A DNA stretch of 64,000 nt, from the NCBI GenBank assembly GCA_963759775.1, contig CAVXAH010000001.1, forward strand, positions 38,787-102,786, in the 5' to 3' direction. Shown here piece by piece: positions 19,552 through 29,228 of the stretch (position 1 is the stretch's first letter; every line of letters starts with the position of its first letter). Source of the DNA: an uncultured bacterium. GTDB taxonomy: Bacteria; Patescibacteriota; Minisyncoccia; Phycocordibacterales; Phycocordibacteraceae. The translations under genes and the position numbers were made by a program. Under the pieces are notes generated by a model, which was not told the DNA's origin, searched no databases, and saw nothing but the letters and a program-made list of their open reading frames with translations.

Positions 19552-20289
19552 ATGGAAACCCTAGTTCATCGCACTGGATTTTCTATTAAAACTGCCTCGT
19601 ATGAGGGACCCTTTGAGGTTGTGCTTGACCTTATAGAGGCACGTAAACTTTTGATAAATGAATTTGCGCTCGCAACCATAACTGACGACTACATTCAGCA
19701 TGTTCGAAAGCAGGAAACATTTCCGGTTGAGCAAACGGCAAATTTCATTCAAATCGCTGCAACTCTCCTCCTCATAAAATCAAAGTCGCTTATTCCGGAC
19801 CTTGAGCTCACCGAAGATGAGCAGGGGGATGTGGAGGATTTGAAGAGACGACTTGCTACGTACGAGCGTGTACGAGACGCGGCGCGCGAGCTTGCTCGTG
19901 TGTTTGGAAAAGAAGTGATGCTCCCGGCAGGGGAGAAGAAGCCTGAGGTCATGTTTGCGCCTGCGGCAGATATGACGAGCTTGGCGCTTTCCGAAGCGCT
20001 CGCGCGTGTACTTGCCGCACGCGAAGCAGTGGAAGAACTCCCCGAAGCGCGCGTAAAGCCGATGATTACTATTGAAGAGATGATGGATCGTCTCGCAAAA
20101 CGTGTGCAGTCGGCCATGACGCTTTCTTTCAAGGAATTCTCCGGAACCGCAAAAGAAAAAGTGGAAGTGATTGTTTCTTTCCTCGCTCTCCTTGAGCTTG
20201 TGAAGCAGGGTGCCGTTGGTGCGGAGCAGTTTGAAAACCACGGCGATATTCGTATTTCTCATACCGGCACAGGCGTCCCGAGCTATTGA
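19552..20289 (+). CDS. scpA: segregation and condensation protein A
   Basis: ScpA family N-terminus (FEGPFEVVLDLIEARKL..I.E..LA.ITDDY) and C-terminal winged helix; start taken at METLV. Confidence 0.8.
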   Translation: METLVHRTGFSIKTASYEGPFEVVLDLIEARKLLINEFALATITDDYIQHVRKQETFPVEQTANFIQIAATLLLIKSKSLIPDLELTEDEQGDVEDLKRRLATYERVRDAARELARVFGKEVMLPAGEKKPEVMFAPAADMTSLALSEALARVLAAREAVEELPEARVKPMITIEEMMDRLAKRVQSAMTLSFKEFSGTAKEKVEVIVSFLALLELVKQGAVGAEQFENHGDIRISHTGTGVPSY

Positions 20290-20360
20290 GGTCAGTCATC
20301 GGGTTTGGTACAATCACGCATCTGCGAACATCAGTTCGTAAACAACAAGGAGCGAGGCCA

Positions 20361-20543
20361 ATGTCTTCGGTTCACAAAGTGGTTTTCAAAAATTTGTGTG
20401 ACGTTCGTATGGGCAAGCGAGTTTCTTTGTCAGTTACCGCCGGGCAAGTACGCCAGGCAAAGGAAGTACAAAAACTCGCGCAACAATCAGGAAGAGAAGT
20501 GCGCGATCTGATTGACGGAAAAAAACAGTTCCTTGATCAGTAG
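20361..20543 (+). CDS. hypothetical small protein
   Basis: 61 aa from MSSVHKVVF with RBS aaggag; followed by a strong terminator. Confidence 0.4.
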   Translation: MSSVHKVVFKNLCDVRMGKRVSLSVTAGQVRQAKEVQKLAQQSGREVRDLIDGKKQFLDQ

Positions 20544-20554
20544 ACCAACATCTA

Positions 20555-20597
20555 CAAGCCCCCGCTGCAAAACCTAGGTTTTGCAGCGGGGGCTTTA
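20555..20597 (+). terminator. rho-independent terminator
   Basis: agcccccgctgcaaaacc-tag-ggttttgcagcgggggcttt. Confidence 0.7.
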
Positions 20598-20742
20598 TCG
20601 TTTAGTATATAGAGAACATGTCGAAAAGCTCCCAGATGCGAGGCGCGGGAAGACGAGCGACTGAGGCGTACGTCATGGTACGACAAAGGAGCTCGGCGGG
20701 ACCCGCAACAAAGCAGATGGGGCTTTTAGGCTTGTTCTCACT

Positions 20743-21303
20743 ATGTTGACACCTCCGGCGGCGCTTCTAGCTCTCCTTTTCGCTCATGGGGAACCCATGT
20801 CGAAAAAGGATGCGGTAAAGGTGTTGGAATGCTCGCCGAACGACCTTGTGAAAGCGATTTCTGTACTTCACGAATCCCTCAACTCCACGGGACTTTCTGT
20901 TATTGAAACCGAAGAGGACTTAGAGCTCCGAACGGCTCCCGAAGCAGCGCAGATCGTAAAAGACCTTCGCGAAAGTGAACTTTCAAAGGATCTCGGAAAA
21001 GCTAGTCTTGAAACACTGGCGACTATTGCATACCGTGCGGGCTCCACGCGCGGCGAGGTTGATTGGGTTCGTGGCGTAAATTCTTCTACTTCGCTCCGTA
21101 CACTTCTCATCCGCGGACTTATAGAAGGGAAGGAGGATCCCGCGGACAAACGCCGCATTCGGTACTCGGTGACGACTGAAGCGCTTGCACATCTCGGTGC
21201 AAAACGCCTTGAAGATCTTCCACGCTTTGAAGAGCTCTCCAAAGAAGCTGAGAAAACGGTAGAGGCAGTAGCCGCAGCGGAGAAATCCGAAGTCACGCAG
21301 TAG
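20743..21303 (+). CDS. scpB: segregation and condensation protein B
   Basis: ScpB tandem winged-helix signature (ALLFAHGEP....L, TLATIAYR....R.E...VRGV). Confidence 0.8.
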   Translation: MLTPPAALLALLFAHGEPMSKKDAVKVLECSPNDLVKAISVLHESLNSTGLSVIETEEDLELRTAPEAAQIVKDLRESELSKDLGKASLETLATIAYRAGSTRGEVDWVRGVNSSTSLRTLLIRGLIEGKEDPADKRRIRYSVTTEALAHLGAKRLEDLPRFEELSKEAEKTVEAVAAAEKSEVTQ

Positions 21304-21309
21304 TTCAAT

Positions 21310-22257
21310 ATGGACACTCCAGAACTCCAGGCACTCGCGAAACATGCGCGCTTTATGAAAGAAGCCGGTATCGCGCTCCTCCTCTCTTGTGTGGTTCTTG
21401 CGGCATTTCTTTTTATTCCGCTTACTTCACGCTCAGAAGATACGAACGATGTGCTGATCACAAAACCCGTTGCAATAAACGCATATGCGGACATTCCGCT
21501 TCAAGCGGAAGCCGCGATTGTGTACGACTTGGTAAGCGAGGAAACCCTTTTTGATAAAAACGCAGATGCGCAGTTGCCACTCGCTTCGCTCACAAAACTC
21601 CTCACGGTGTACGCGGCGCTTGCAGAAATTGCACCCGGAACACCAATCACTATTTCAAAAAGCGCCTCGGCAAGTGAGTACCCGCGCCTTTTTGCTTCCG
21701 GCGAAACGCTCTCGCTCGCTGACCTCTCGCGTCTCACGCTTACCGGTTCTCTAAACGATGGTGCCGCCGCAATAGCGGAAACCATAGCCGCGCGCAAACA
21801 AATATCCATGCACGCGATGCTCGCGAGTGCTGCGACGGCGCTCGGTCTTTCACAAACGTACGCCGTAAACGGAAGCGGACTTGATGAGAGCCTGACTGTT
21901 TCTGGCGCATATGGCTCGGCACACGACGTGGCGCTTCTCGCAGGTGCGCTCGTCAAGCGTGCTCCCACCATTGCTTCTGCAACCACCGAATCCTCCGCAA
22001 CTGCTGCCAATGAGTCCGGAAAAACTTATACCGTAAACAATACAAATCCGACTGTTATTTATACGGCACGACTTCTCCTTTCAAAGACCGGATTCACCGA
22101 CCTCGCCGGCGGAAACTTGGTGCTTGTCTTTGATGCCGGAATTGACCATCCTGTTGCGGTTGTCGTGCTCGGCTCCACCGAAAAAGACCGCTTCACCGAT
22201 GCAACTGCACTTGTTGCCGCTACCCTTGCGCACTTCTCAGGAGTTTCTTCTCTATGA
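21310..22257 (+). CDS. D-alanyl-D-alanine carboxypeptidase (S11 serine peptidase, PBP5-like)
   Basis: SxxK (ASLTKLLT), SGN-like (NGSGL) and KTG (KTGFT) motifs; N-terminal membrane anchor. Confidence 0.8.
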   Translation: MDTPELQALAKHARFMKEAGIALLLSCVVLAAFLFIPLTSRSEDTNDVLITKPVAINAYADIPLQAEAAIVYDLVSEETLFDKNADAQLPLASLTKLLTVYAALAEIAPGTPITISKSASASEYPRLFASGETLSLADLSRLTLTGSLNDGAAAIAETIAARKQISMHAMLASAATALGLSQTYAVNGSGLDESLTVSGAYGSAHDVALLAGALVKRAPTIASATTESSATAANESGKTYTVNNTNPTVIYTARLLLSKTGFTDLAGGNLVLVFDAGIDHPVAVVVLGSTEKDRFTDATALVAATLAHFSGVSSL

Positions 22258-22258
22258 C

Positions 22259-22542
22259 CCGACACACTAAAACAACCTTGCGAGACGACTATGTATTACG
22301 TATATATTTTGCAAAGTAAGAAAGACGGGAAGTTTTACACGGGATACACCACTGATTTACGACGTCGTCTCGCAGAACACACGACAAGAGCCTCAATCTC
22401 AACGCGCTCGCGACTTCCTCTGCAACTGTTATATTACGAAGCATATATGTCGCAGGCCGACGCAAAATCTAGAGAGTATCGCCTTAAGACTTCTCAAGGC
22501 GCGCGCACTGCATTAAAGCGACGAGGTCGTTTAGTGTGACGG
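22259..22542 (+). mobile_element. TIR-flanked GIY-YIG gene unit (family B putative autonomous copy)
   Basis: imperfect 15-18 bp TIRs CCGACACACTAAAAC / GTTTAGTGTGACGG immediately flank the ORF; right TIR overlaps the ORF stop and the mraY start; same TIR family as 19415-19548. Confidence 0.55.
22291..22539 (+). CDS. GIY-YIG nuclease superfamily protein (YhbQ/UPF0213-like)
   Basis: 82 aa, YVYIL..K.GK.YTGYT.DL.RRL.EH then Y.E motifs. Confidence 0.8.
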   Translation: MYYVYILQSKKDGKFYTGYTTDLRRRLAEHTTRASISTRSRLPLQLLYYEAYMSQADAKSREYRLKTSQGARTALKRRGRLV

Positions 22543-23606
22543 GTATGATTAGTCTCGCCGCTCAAGTTTTCATCCCATCTGCAATCGCGTTCGCGCTTGG
22601 CATCGTCTTTGCGCCACTTCTCGCTGGAATTTTATATGAAAAGAAAGCGTGGAAAAAGAAAGCGGGGAAGGGTAATGGTATGGGCGGCGGTGGCACTCCT
22701 ATTTTTGATGAACTTCATAAGATACGGGAGGTTTCAACGCCACGCATGGGCGGCATTTTAATCTGGGCATCGGTTTTAGCGACCGCATTTGGAATCTGGC
22801 TCCTCGCTCGAACCGTGGGTGGTGTTTTTCTTGACCTCAACTTCATAGACCGAAGCGAAACGTGGCTCCCCATTTTTGCACTGTTTGTTGGGGCCATTGC
22901 GGGACTCTTTGATGACCTTCTAGAGATATCTTCAGGCACGGGAGGTCTCTCTCTTCGCGGAAGACTCGCCATTGTAGCGGTAATGGGGCTTGCTGCGGGA
23001 TGGTGGTTTTATACAAAACTCGGCGTTACGGCTCTCGGCATTCCTTTCGGGAATCCGCTTGAACTGGGCGCTCTTATCATTCCATTTTTTGCTCTGGTAA
23101 CCCTCGCTATTTATGCGGGCGGGACAATTGATGGAATTGACGGACTTGCGGGGGGAGTTTTTGCAATTATTTTCATGACGTACGCCGGCATCGCCTTTGG
23201 AGAGAGCCAGTTCGCACTCGCAACCTTCGCTGCAACGTGTGCAGGCGCGACACTGGCTTTTCTTTGGTTCAACATCCCACCCGCGCGCTTCTATATGTCG
23301 GAAACCGGCAGTATGGCTCTTACGCTTGCGCTTGCCATGACCGCGTTTGCGGCCGATAACCTTGCAAAGGGCGTGGGGGTGTTCGTGCTTCCTCTCGTCG
23401 CGCTTCCACTCACCGCAACGGTCATTACGACCCTGCTTCAGGTGTTTTGGAAAAAGTCCTTTCATACCAAACTTTTCATGGTCGCGCCTATTCACCATCA
23501 TTTTGAAGCTCTTGGTTGGCCACCCTATAAAGTCACGATGCGCTACTGGGTGATTACGATCATTGCCGGTGTTTTGGGCCTTTCAATCGCGCTCATTTCC
23601 GCGTAG
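22536..23606 (+). CDS. mraY: phospho-N-acetylmuramoyl-pentapeptide transferase
   Basis: DD motif, DGIDGLAGG, HHHFE motif (PIHHHFE), 10 TM helices. Confidence 0.9.
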   Translation: MTGMISLAAQVFIPSAIAFALGIVFAPLLAGILYEKKAWKKKAGKGNGMGGGGTPIFDELHKIREVSTPRMGGILIWASVLATAFGIWLLARTVGGVFLDLNFIDRSETWLPIFALFVGAIAGLFDDLLEISSGTGGLSLRGRLAIVAVMGLAAGWWFYTKLGVTALGIPFGNPLELGALIIPFFALVTLAIYAGGTIDGIDGLAGGVFAIIFMTYAGIAFGESQFALATFAATCAGATLAFLWFNIPPARFYMSETGSMALTLALAMTAFAADNLAKGVGVFVLPLVALPLTATVITTLLQVFWKKSFHTKLFMVAPIHHHFEALGWPPYKVTMRYWVITIIAGVLGLSIALISA

Positions 23607-23611
23607 TAGCT

Positions 23612-24715
23612 ATGATAAAAGGATTCTCCGGCGATCGACCCTTTTTCGCGATCGCGGTTACGCTTGCACTCACGGGCATAGCTATTTTCGCTTCTGCAAC
23701 ACTCGGACTTCTCGCTCGCGAGGGATCCTCTATCTCTCACAACATTCTCGTTCAAACGACACTCGGACTTGGGCTTGGCGTCCTTGCGCTCGCGTTTATG
23801 CGCTCCATTTCTATCGCCTTTATACGAAGCGTGGCGCCGTGGGTATACTTCGCAACTCTCGGCCTCACCGCTCTCGTTTTTATTCCCGGCATTGGAACCT
23901 TCGCAAATGGCGCGACACGCTGGATTGACCTCGGCTTCATTACCCTCCAACCTGCTGAGTTCTTAAAAATTGGCATCGTACTTATGCTCGCCTGGTGGCT
24001 CGCTCCAAGAGCACGAATGCTCAGTGAGCCACGGCGCGGCCTTATCCCTTTTCTTGCGATCCTCTCGCCGGCCGTACTACTTCTTCTCCTCCAGCCAAAC
24101 ACCTCCACCACTATTTTAGTCGTCGCGACAGGCGTGGTGATGTATTTTGTCGCCGGGGCACCATGGAGAGATTTGGGGATTCTTCTCTTACTTAGTGTTG
24201 CGGCAATCGGACTCATTCTCATTGCGCGCCCCTATACGCTTGAGCGTGTAAAAACATTTCTTGACCCATCTCAAGACGCGCTCGGCGCGAGCTATCAAAT
24301 CCAGCAATCGTTGATTGCGGTTGGGTCAGGCGAGCTTTTTGGACGTGGTTTCGGACAGGGAATAGAGAAGTTCAATTATTTACCGGAGCCTTCCGGTGAT
24401 TCCGTATTTGCCGTCTTTGCTGAAGAAACGGGGTTTGTGGGAAGCATATTCCTTCTCTTTCTCTTTGTGCTCCTTGGCGCACGTGGAATTGTGATAGCGG
24501 GGGACTCCCGGGACCTGTTTGGTGGACTGGTCGCGCTTGGATTCTCTTTTTTGATTGTGTTTCAAGCATTCATAAATATCTGCGCCATGATCGGCATTAT
24601 TCCCCTCACGGGACTCCCGCTCCCATTCGTCTCCCACGGCGGCACCGCACTCCTCGCTGTCCTTGCAATGTGCGGACTTATCTTGAACGTCGCCGCGCAT
24701 CGGAAAAGTAGTTAA
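23612..24715 (+). CDS. ftsW: SEDS-family peptidoglycan glycosyltransferase FtsW
   Basis: FtsW/RodA family membrane protein, PE.SGDSVF and HGGTA motifs; dcw position between mraY and murG. Confidence 0.9.
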   Translation: MIKGFSGDRPFFAIAVTLALTGIAIFASATLGLLAREGSSISHNILVQTTLGLGLGVLALAFMRSISIAFIRSVAPWVYFATLGLTALVFIPGIGTFANGATRWIDLGFITLQPAEFLKIGIVLMLAWWLAPRARMLSEPRRGLIPFLAILSPAVLLLLLQPNTSTTILVVATGVVMYFVAGAPWRDLGILLLLSVAAIGLILIARPYTLERVKTFLDPSQDALGASYQIQQSLIAVGSGELFGRGFGQGIEKFNYLPEPSGDSVFAVFAEETGFVGSIFLLFLFVLLGARGIVIAGDSRDLFGGLVALGFSFLIVFQAFINICAMIGIIPLTGLPLPFVSHGGTALLAVLAMCGLILNVAAHRKSS

Positions 24716-24733
24716 AGCTGTTATACTTTCCGT

Positions 24734-25876
24734 ATGACTATCGTGTTTACTGGGGGCGGGACTGGCGGACATTTCTACCCCCTCATTGCTATCGCAGAAT
24801 CTCTGAAAGACATCGCGCGGGAGCGACGTCTTCTTGACCCCAAACTTTACTTCCTTGCGCCCGCACCCTTTGATGAAAACGCGCTCTTTGAAAACGGCAT
24901 TACTTTCGTGAAAATTCCTGCAGGAAAGCGTCGTCGGTACTTTTCTATTGAAAACTTCACGGGCACGTTTACTTCATTTTTTGGTCTCATACAAGCTCTT
25001 TTTACTCTCTTCAGGCTTTATCCGGACGTCGTCGTGTCAAAAGGCGGGTACGGCAGTGTGCCTACCACCGTCGCGGCACGTATCCTTAACATCCCCGTCA
25101 TTATCCATGAGTCGGATGCAAAGCCGGGTCGTGCAAACCTTTTTGCATCAAAATGGGCAAAACGAGTTGCGATTTCCTTTGACAGCGCTGCGCAGTATTT
25201 TCCGGAGAAGGTGCGTAGCAAAATCGCACGCACGGGTATTCCTGTTCGTAAAGCACTGATGCGTATTGAAGCCGAAGGCGCAAGACAATATTTGGGTCTT
25301 GAGCAGGGTATTCCGACCGTGCTGGTGCTTGGCGGCTCACTGGGGTCACTACGCATCAACGAAGCAATCCTCGGTTCACTTCCTGACCTCGTGTCGTTTG
25401 GAAATGTGATTCATCAAACAGGACGCGACCATCTCGTCCAAGTAAAAAGCCTTGCGAGTGTCGTCCTTGGGGGCAATCCGCACGCTGACCGCTACCACCC
25501 ATTTGATTATCTTTCTGAACTCTCCATGCAGAGGGCAGGCGGCGTTGCCGATGTCATTATTTCCCGTGCAGGCTCTGGCACCATTACTGAAATCGGTCTC
25601 TGGAAAAAACCCGCAATCTTGATTCCCATTCCAGAGGAGGTAAGCCATGATCAGCGCACCAACGCCTACGCATTTGCACAGACGGGCGCAGCCATTGTTA
25701 TTGAAGAGCAGAACTTGTCTTCACACATCCTTAGTTCCGAAGCAAAACGTATTGCGGGGAACAAAGAACTTTCGCGAAGCATGGGGGAGCGCGCGGCGCA
25801 GTTTTCTGACCCAAATGCGGCCCGTGTTCTTGCTGAAGAAATTGTCTCAATGGCGCTCGCCCACGAAGCCCAATGA
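24734..25876 (+). CDS. murG: undecaprenyldiphospho-muramoylpentapeptide beta-N-acetylglucosaminyltransferase
   Basis: TGGGTGGHFYP N-terminus, GT28 C-terminal domain. Confidence 0.9.
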   Translation: MTIVFTGGGTGGHFYPLIAIAESLKDIARERRLLDPKLYFLAPAPFDENALFENGITFVKIPAGKRRRYFSIENFTGTFTSFFGLIQALFTLFRLYPDVVVSKGGYGSVPTTVAARILNIPVIIHESDAKPGRANLFASKWAKRVAISFDSAAQYFPEKVRSKIARTGIPVRKALMRIEAEGARQYLGLEQGIPTVLVLGGSLGSLRINEAILGSLPDLVSFGNVIHQTGRDHLVQVKSLASVVLGGNPHADRYHPFDYLSELSMQRAGGVADVIISRAGSGTITEIGLWKKPAILIPIPEEVSHDQRTNAYAFAQTGAAIVIEEQNLSSHILSSEAKRIAGNKELSRSMGERAAQFSDPNAARVLAEEIVSMALAHEAQ

Positions 25877-27210
25877 AAGACTCTAAGGTCGTCACTCGAT
25901 TTGCACCGAGTCCCACAGGTTTTTTACATGCGGGGAATTACCGCACCGCAGTATTTGCCTATCTCTTTGCAAAAAAACATGGCGGCGAATTTATCGTGCG
26001 CATTGAGGATACGGATCGAGAGCGTTCAAAAAAAGAATACGAGGATAATATTTTTGAAGCGCTCTCATGGCTTGGCTTGCCCTACGACAAAAAGTTTCGC
26101 CAAAGCGAGCACGCCGCACGACATCGAACGCTTCTTGAAGAGCTTATAGCGAAAGACAAGGCGTACATTTCAAAAGAAGCGCCAAAGAACCCTGCAGACC
26201 GTGATGAGGTGGTTCGATTCCGAAACCCGGGTGGAACGGTGTCTTTGACTGACGAAATCCGTGGAGAAATTACAATGGATGTGTCTGACCTTGGTGATTT
26301 TGTTATTGCGAAATCGCTTGATGAACCGATATTCCACTTTGCAGTGGTTGCGGACGACGCTGACGAGGGTGTGACACATGTGATTCGCGGCGAGGATCAT
26401 ATCTCTAACACGCCACGGCAGATTTTGATTCAACGCGCACTCGGTGTTCCAACTCCTTTCTATGCACATTTGCCGCTCATCCTTGGGGCGGATCGTTCAA
26501 AGCTCTCAAAGCGCCGAGGTGCGAAAGCGATTACAGAATACCGCGATGCGGGTGTTCTCTCGGAGGCGATGCGTAATTATCTGTCACTTCTTGGTTGGAA
26601 TCCTGGAGATGACCGAGAGTATTTCACACGTGAAGAGCTCGTTGCCTCATTTGAAATTTCACGTGTCCAAAAGGGAAGTGCTATTTTCGACGAGACCAAG
26701 CTTTTTTCGGTGAACCAACATTGGATGCGTCTGCTTTCCGACGACGAATTCATTTTGCGCGGAAATCTCTCTGCGTCCGAGCACAGCTTACTGCGAAAAG
26801 TAGTACCACTCCTTAAGGAACGCGCGCATACTTTTGGCCAGGCACGAGAAATACTCGCAGGCGAACTTGCCTGCATTTTTACACTGCCGACGCTCGCAAC
26901 CAACCAGCTTGTCGCAAAAGAGCCTTCTGGAGCGCCTGCATCAGCCGGTACGCGCCTCGCCCAGATAGCGAAGGTCATTTCATCAGGCCTAGAAGATCCA
27001 TCTTCGGCCGAAAGCGTAAAAGCTCTCGTTATGCCGTATGCCGACCAGAACCTAAAAGAAAATGGTGGCCGTGGCGCTGTTTTATGGCCACTCCGCTACG
27101 CACTTTCCGGGCAAGAGAAATCTCCTGACCCTTTTACCCTCATCTCTATACTTGGCAAAGAGGAGTCTCTTTCGCGTATTCAAAAAGCAATTGATATACT
27201 GAGCCAATGA
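25873..27210 (+). CDS. gltX: glutamyl-tRNA synthetase
   Basis: RFAPSPTGFLHAGN (HIGH-like) and KLSKRRG (KMSKS) motifs. Confidence 0.9.
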   Translation: MKDSKVVTRFAPSPTGFLHAGNYRTAVFAYLFAKKHGGEFIVRIEDTDRERSKKEYEDNIFEALSWLGLPYDKKFRQSEHAARHRTLLEELIAKDKAYISKEAPKNPADRDEVVRFRNPGGTVSLTDEIRGEITMDVSDLGDFVIAKSLDEPIFHFAVVADDADEGVTHVIRGEDHISNTPRQILIQRALGVPTPFYAHLPLILGADRSKLSKRRGAKAITEYRDAGVLSEAMRNYLSLLGWNPGDDREYFTREELVASFEISRVQKGSAIFDETKLFSVNQHWMRLLSDDEFILRGNLSASEHSLLRKVVPLLKERAHTFGQAREILAGELACIFTLPTLATNQLVAKEPSGAPASAGTRLAQIAKVISSGLEDPSSAESVKALVMPYADQNLKENGGRGAVLWPLRYALSGQEKSPDPFTLISILGKEESLSRIQKAIDILSQ

Positions 27211-28458
27211 AGCTCTGGCTGGCCGCTTTTTTTCTTCTCCTTTCTTGGTCATTTTTGCCTCATATAGTCTACGCGCAGTCGGCAAGCGAGCTCCAGGCAC
27301 AAATCGCGGAGCACAACAAGCAAATATCGGCTCTGCAGGCGGAAATTGCGAAATACCAGAAGGAGCTTGATACGCTTGGCAAAGCAGAAAAATACGCTCC
27401 AAGGGACGGTTAATACGCTCGCACTTCAGCAGAAACAGCTGGCGACGCAAATACAGGTGACTCAAAATAAAATTAGTTCGGCAAACTTGAAAATCTCCGA
27501 ACTCAGTCTTTCCATTGGAGACAAGGAGAAAACTATTAAAAATCAGCAGGCAACGATCGGCAAAATGTTTCGCGATGCCGCACAAAACGAGTCGGTACCG
27601 CTAGTCGCGCGCATGCTCGGGGCCGGATCGCTTGGCGACGCGTGGGTTGCGGTGGACGAAACGGTGCAACTGAACCGCGCACTTCAGGAAAATATAAAAA
27701 TTCTTGAGACCGTGCGCGAGGAGCTCACGGACAATCGCGACGCCGTCTCAAAGACGAAAGCGACTCTCGTTGCGCTCCAAAACCAACTCGCAACTGAAAA
27801 GCGCTCCGTAGACATTAGTAAGGCGGCACAACAAAAACTTTTGACCGACACGAAAAACCAGGAAGGTGCATATCAAAAACTGCTCGCTGACAAACGTGCA
27901 GAAGAAGTTGCGTTTGAGGCCGCGTTGTTCAATCTTGAATCACAACTCCAATATATTGTTGACCCGAAGCATATTCCGCCAGCAGGAAAGGGAATACTGC
28001 GCTGGCCACTCGCTGAGGTGTATATAACCCAGCAGTTTGGAAAAACGTCTTCATCAGGTCGTCTCTATGCCTCTGGTACCCATAACGGCATAGACTTCCG
28101 CGCCTCCATTGGCACACCGGTTCGCGCGGCGCTCTCGGGAACGGTGGTTGAAATCAATCAGGGGGCCGTACAAAACTGCCAATACGGAAAATGGGTTCTT
28201 ATTAGGCACAACAATGGCTTGGGAACGCTGTACGCCCACCTCTCGGATATCGGCGTGAGAAAAGGTGGGGAAGTTACGACAGGGCAGGTGATTGGCTATT
28301 CGGGGAATACGGGCTACGCAACGGGACCGCACCTTCATTTCGGTGCGTACCTCGCTGAAGCAGTTTCCTTTAAACAGTACGCGTGTAAGAGCGGCTACGT
28401 AGTGACTATCCCTGTAGCGCCTATAACTGCATATTTAGATCCATTGTCCTATCTTTAA
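27207..28458 (+). CDS. M23 family metallopeptidase with signal peptide and coiled coil (EnvC/LytM-like), apparent frameshift near 27381 (A-run)
   Basis: pieces 27207-27413 and 27346-28458 are both open through the overlap; HNGIDF...HLHFG LytM motifs at the C-terminus. Confidence 0.8.
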
Positions 28459-28485
28459 ATCTCGGCAAGACCAGAATAGGGTAGA

Positions 28486-28671
28486 ATGGGGGACATGTTG
28501 CGACTTATCTTTTGGGTTGTGGTTGGTGTTCTCGCCCTTTCGTTTTTCGGCATTTCACTCCAGTCAATCATAAGTTCACCTGCGGGACAGGAGAATTTCG
28601 CCTACGTATGGCACCTCGTCGTTTCTCTTTGGAACTGGCTGTTCCAGTTCTTTACTAATCTCATTCCCTAA
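28486..28671 (+). CDS. hypothetical small membrane protein
   Basis: 61 aa, two hydrophobic segments; weak RBS. Confidence 0.3.
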   Translation: MGDMLRLIFWVVVGVLALSFFGISLQSIISSPAGQENFAYVWHLVVSLWNWLFQFFTNLIP

Positions 28672-28673
28672 CT

Positions 28674-28928
28674 ATGGAGCCACAAAAGCCTGTTTCGGTG
28701 GTCATTCCGGCAGATGCGAAGCCTACGTTCTCAAATACGACCCAAATCACTGTTTCAGACGACTCTGTGGTCATGCAGTTTGCCTATGTGCGCCCAAATA
28801 CGCCTACCGGCCAGCTTATTGCCGAGATTATTATGTCTCCCAAACACGCGATTGACTTTAGTAGAGCGCTTGACGCCACCATCAAAAAACACTTTACGCG
28901 GCATCTAGACTCGGGAGAAATTAAATAG
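28674..28928 (+). CDS. hypothetical protein
   Basis: 84-aa ORF tightly following the previous one. Confidence 0.4.
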   Translation: MEPQKPVSVVIPADAKPTFSNTTQITVSDDSVVMQFAYVRPNTPTGQLIAEIIMSPKHAIDFSRALDATIKKHFTRHLDSGEIK

Positions 28929-28935
28929 GGATGCC

Positions 28936-29019
28936 GCGGAAGATTGTACGGTGCGCAAGTAGCATCGATACAATCTTGCGTATCTTTTACGACGTTCAGG
29001 AACAACGTCGTAAAAGATA
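28936..29019. promoter_or_regulatory. tandem strong hairpins (9-bp and 16-bp perfect stems); likely bidirectional terminator region
   Basis: aagattgta...tacaatctt and tatcttttacgacgtt-caggaac-aacgtcgtaaaagata. Confidence 0.5.
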
Positions 29020-29073
29020 TATTGTGCGACGTATGGCTATTCTGCCAAGAAGGCAGGAAAACCTCCTCCCTAT

Positions 29074-29219
29074 CACTTAAAGGCCTGAATAAGGACTCCG
29101 GCGAATGAGATGAGTGTGCTTGCAAGTCCGGTAACGAACGCATAAATCTGAAGACTGTCTCTGCGTCGTCGGTGTTTATGAAGCGGTGCGTTGATAAGCT
29201 GTTTTTGTGCGTAGTCCAT
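29074..29219 (-). CDS. hypothetical tail-anchored small membrane protein (48 aa)
   Basis: own translation MDYAQKQLINAPLHKHRRRRDSLQIYAFVTGLASTLISFAGVLIQAFK; basic N-terminus plus one TM; no clear SD. Confidence 0.25.
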
Positions 29220-29228
29220 GGTTAAAAG

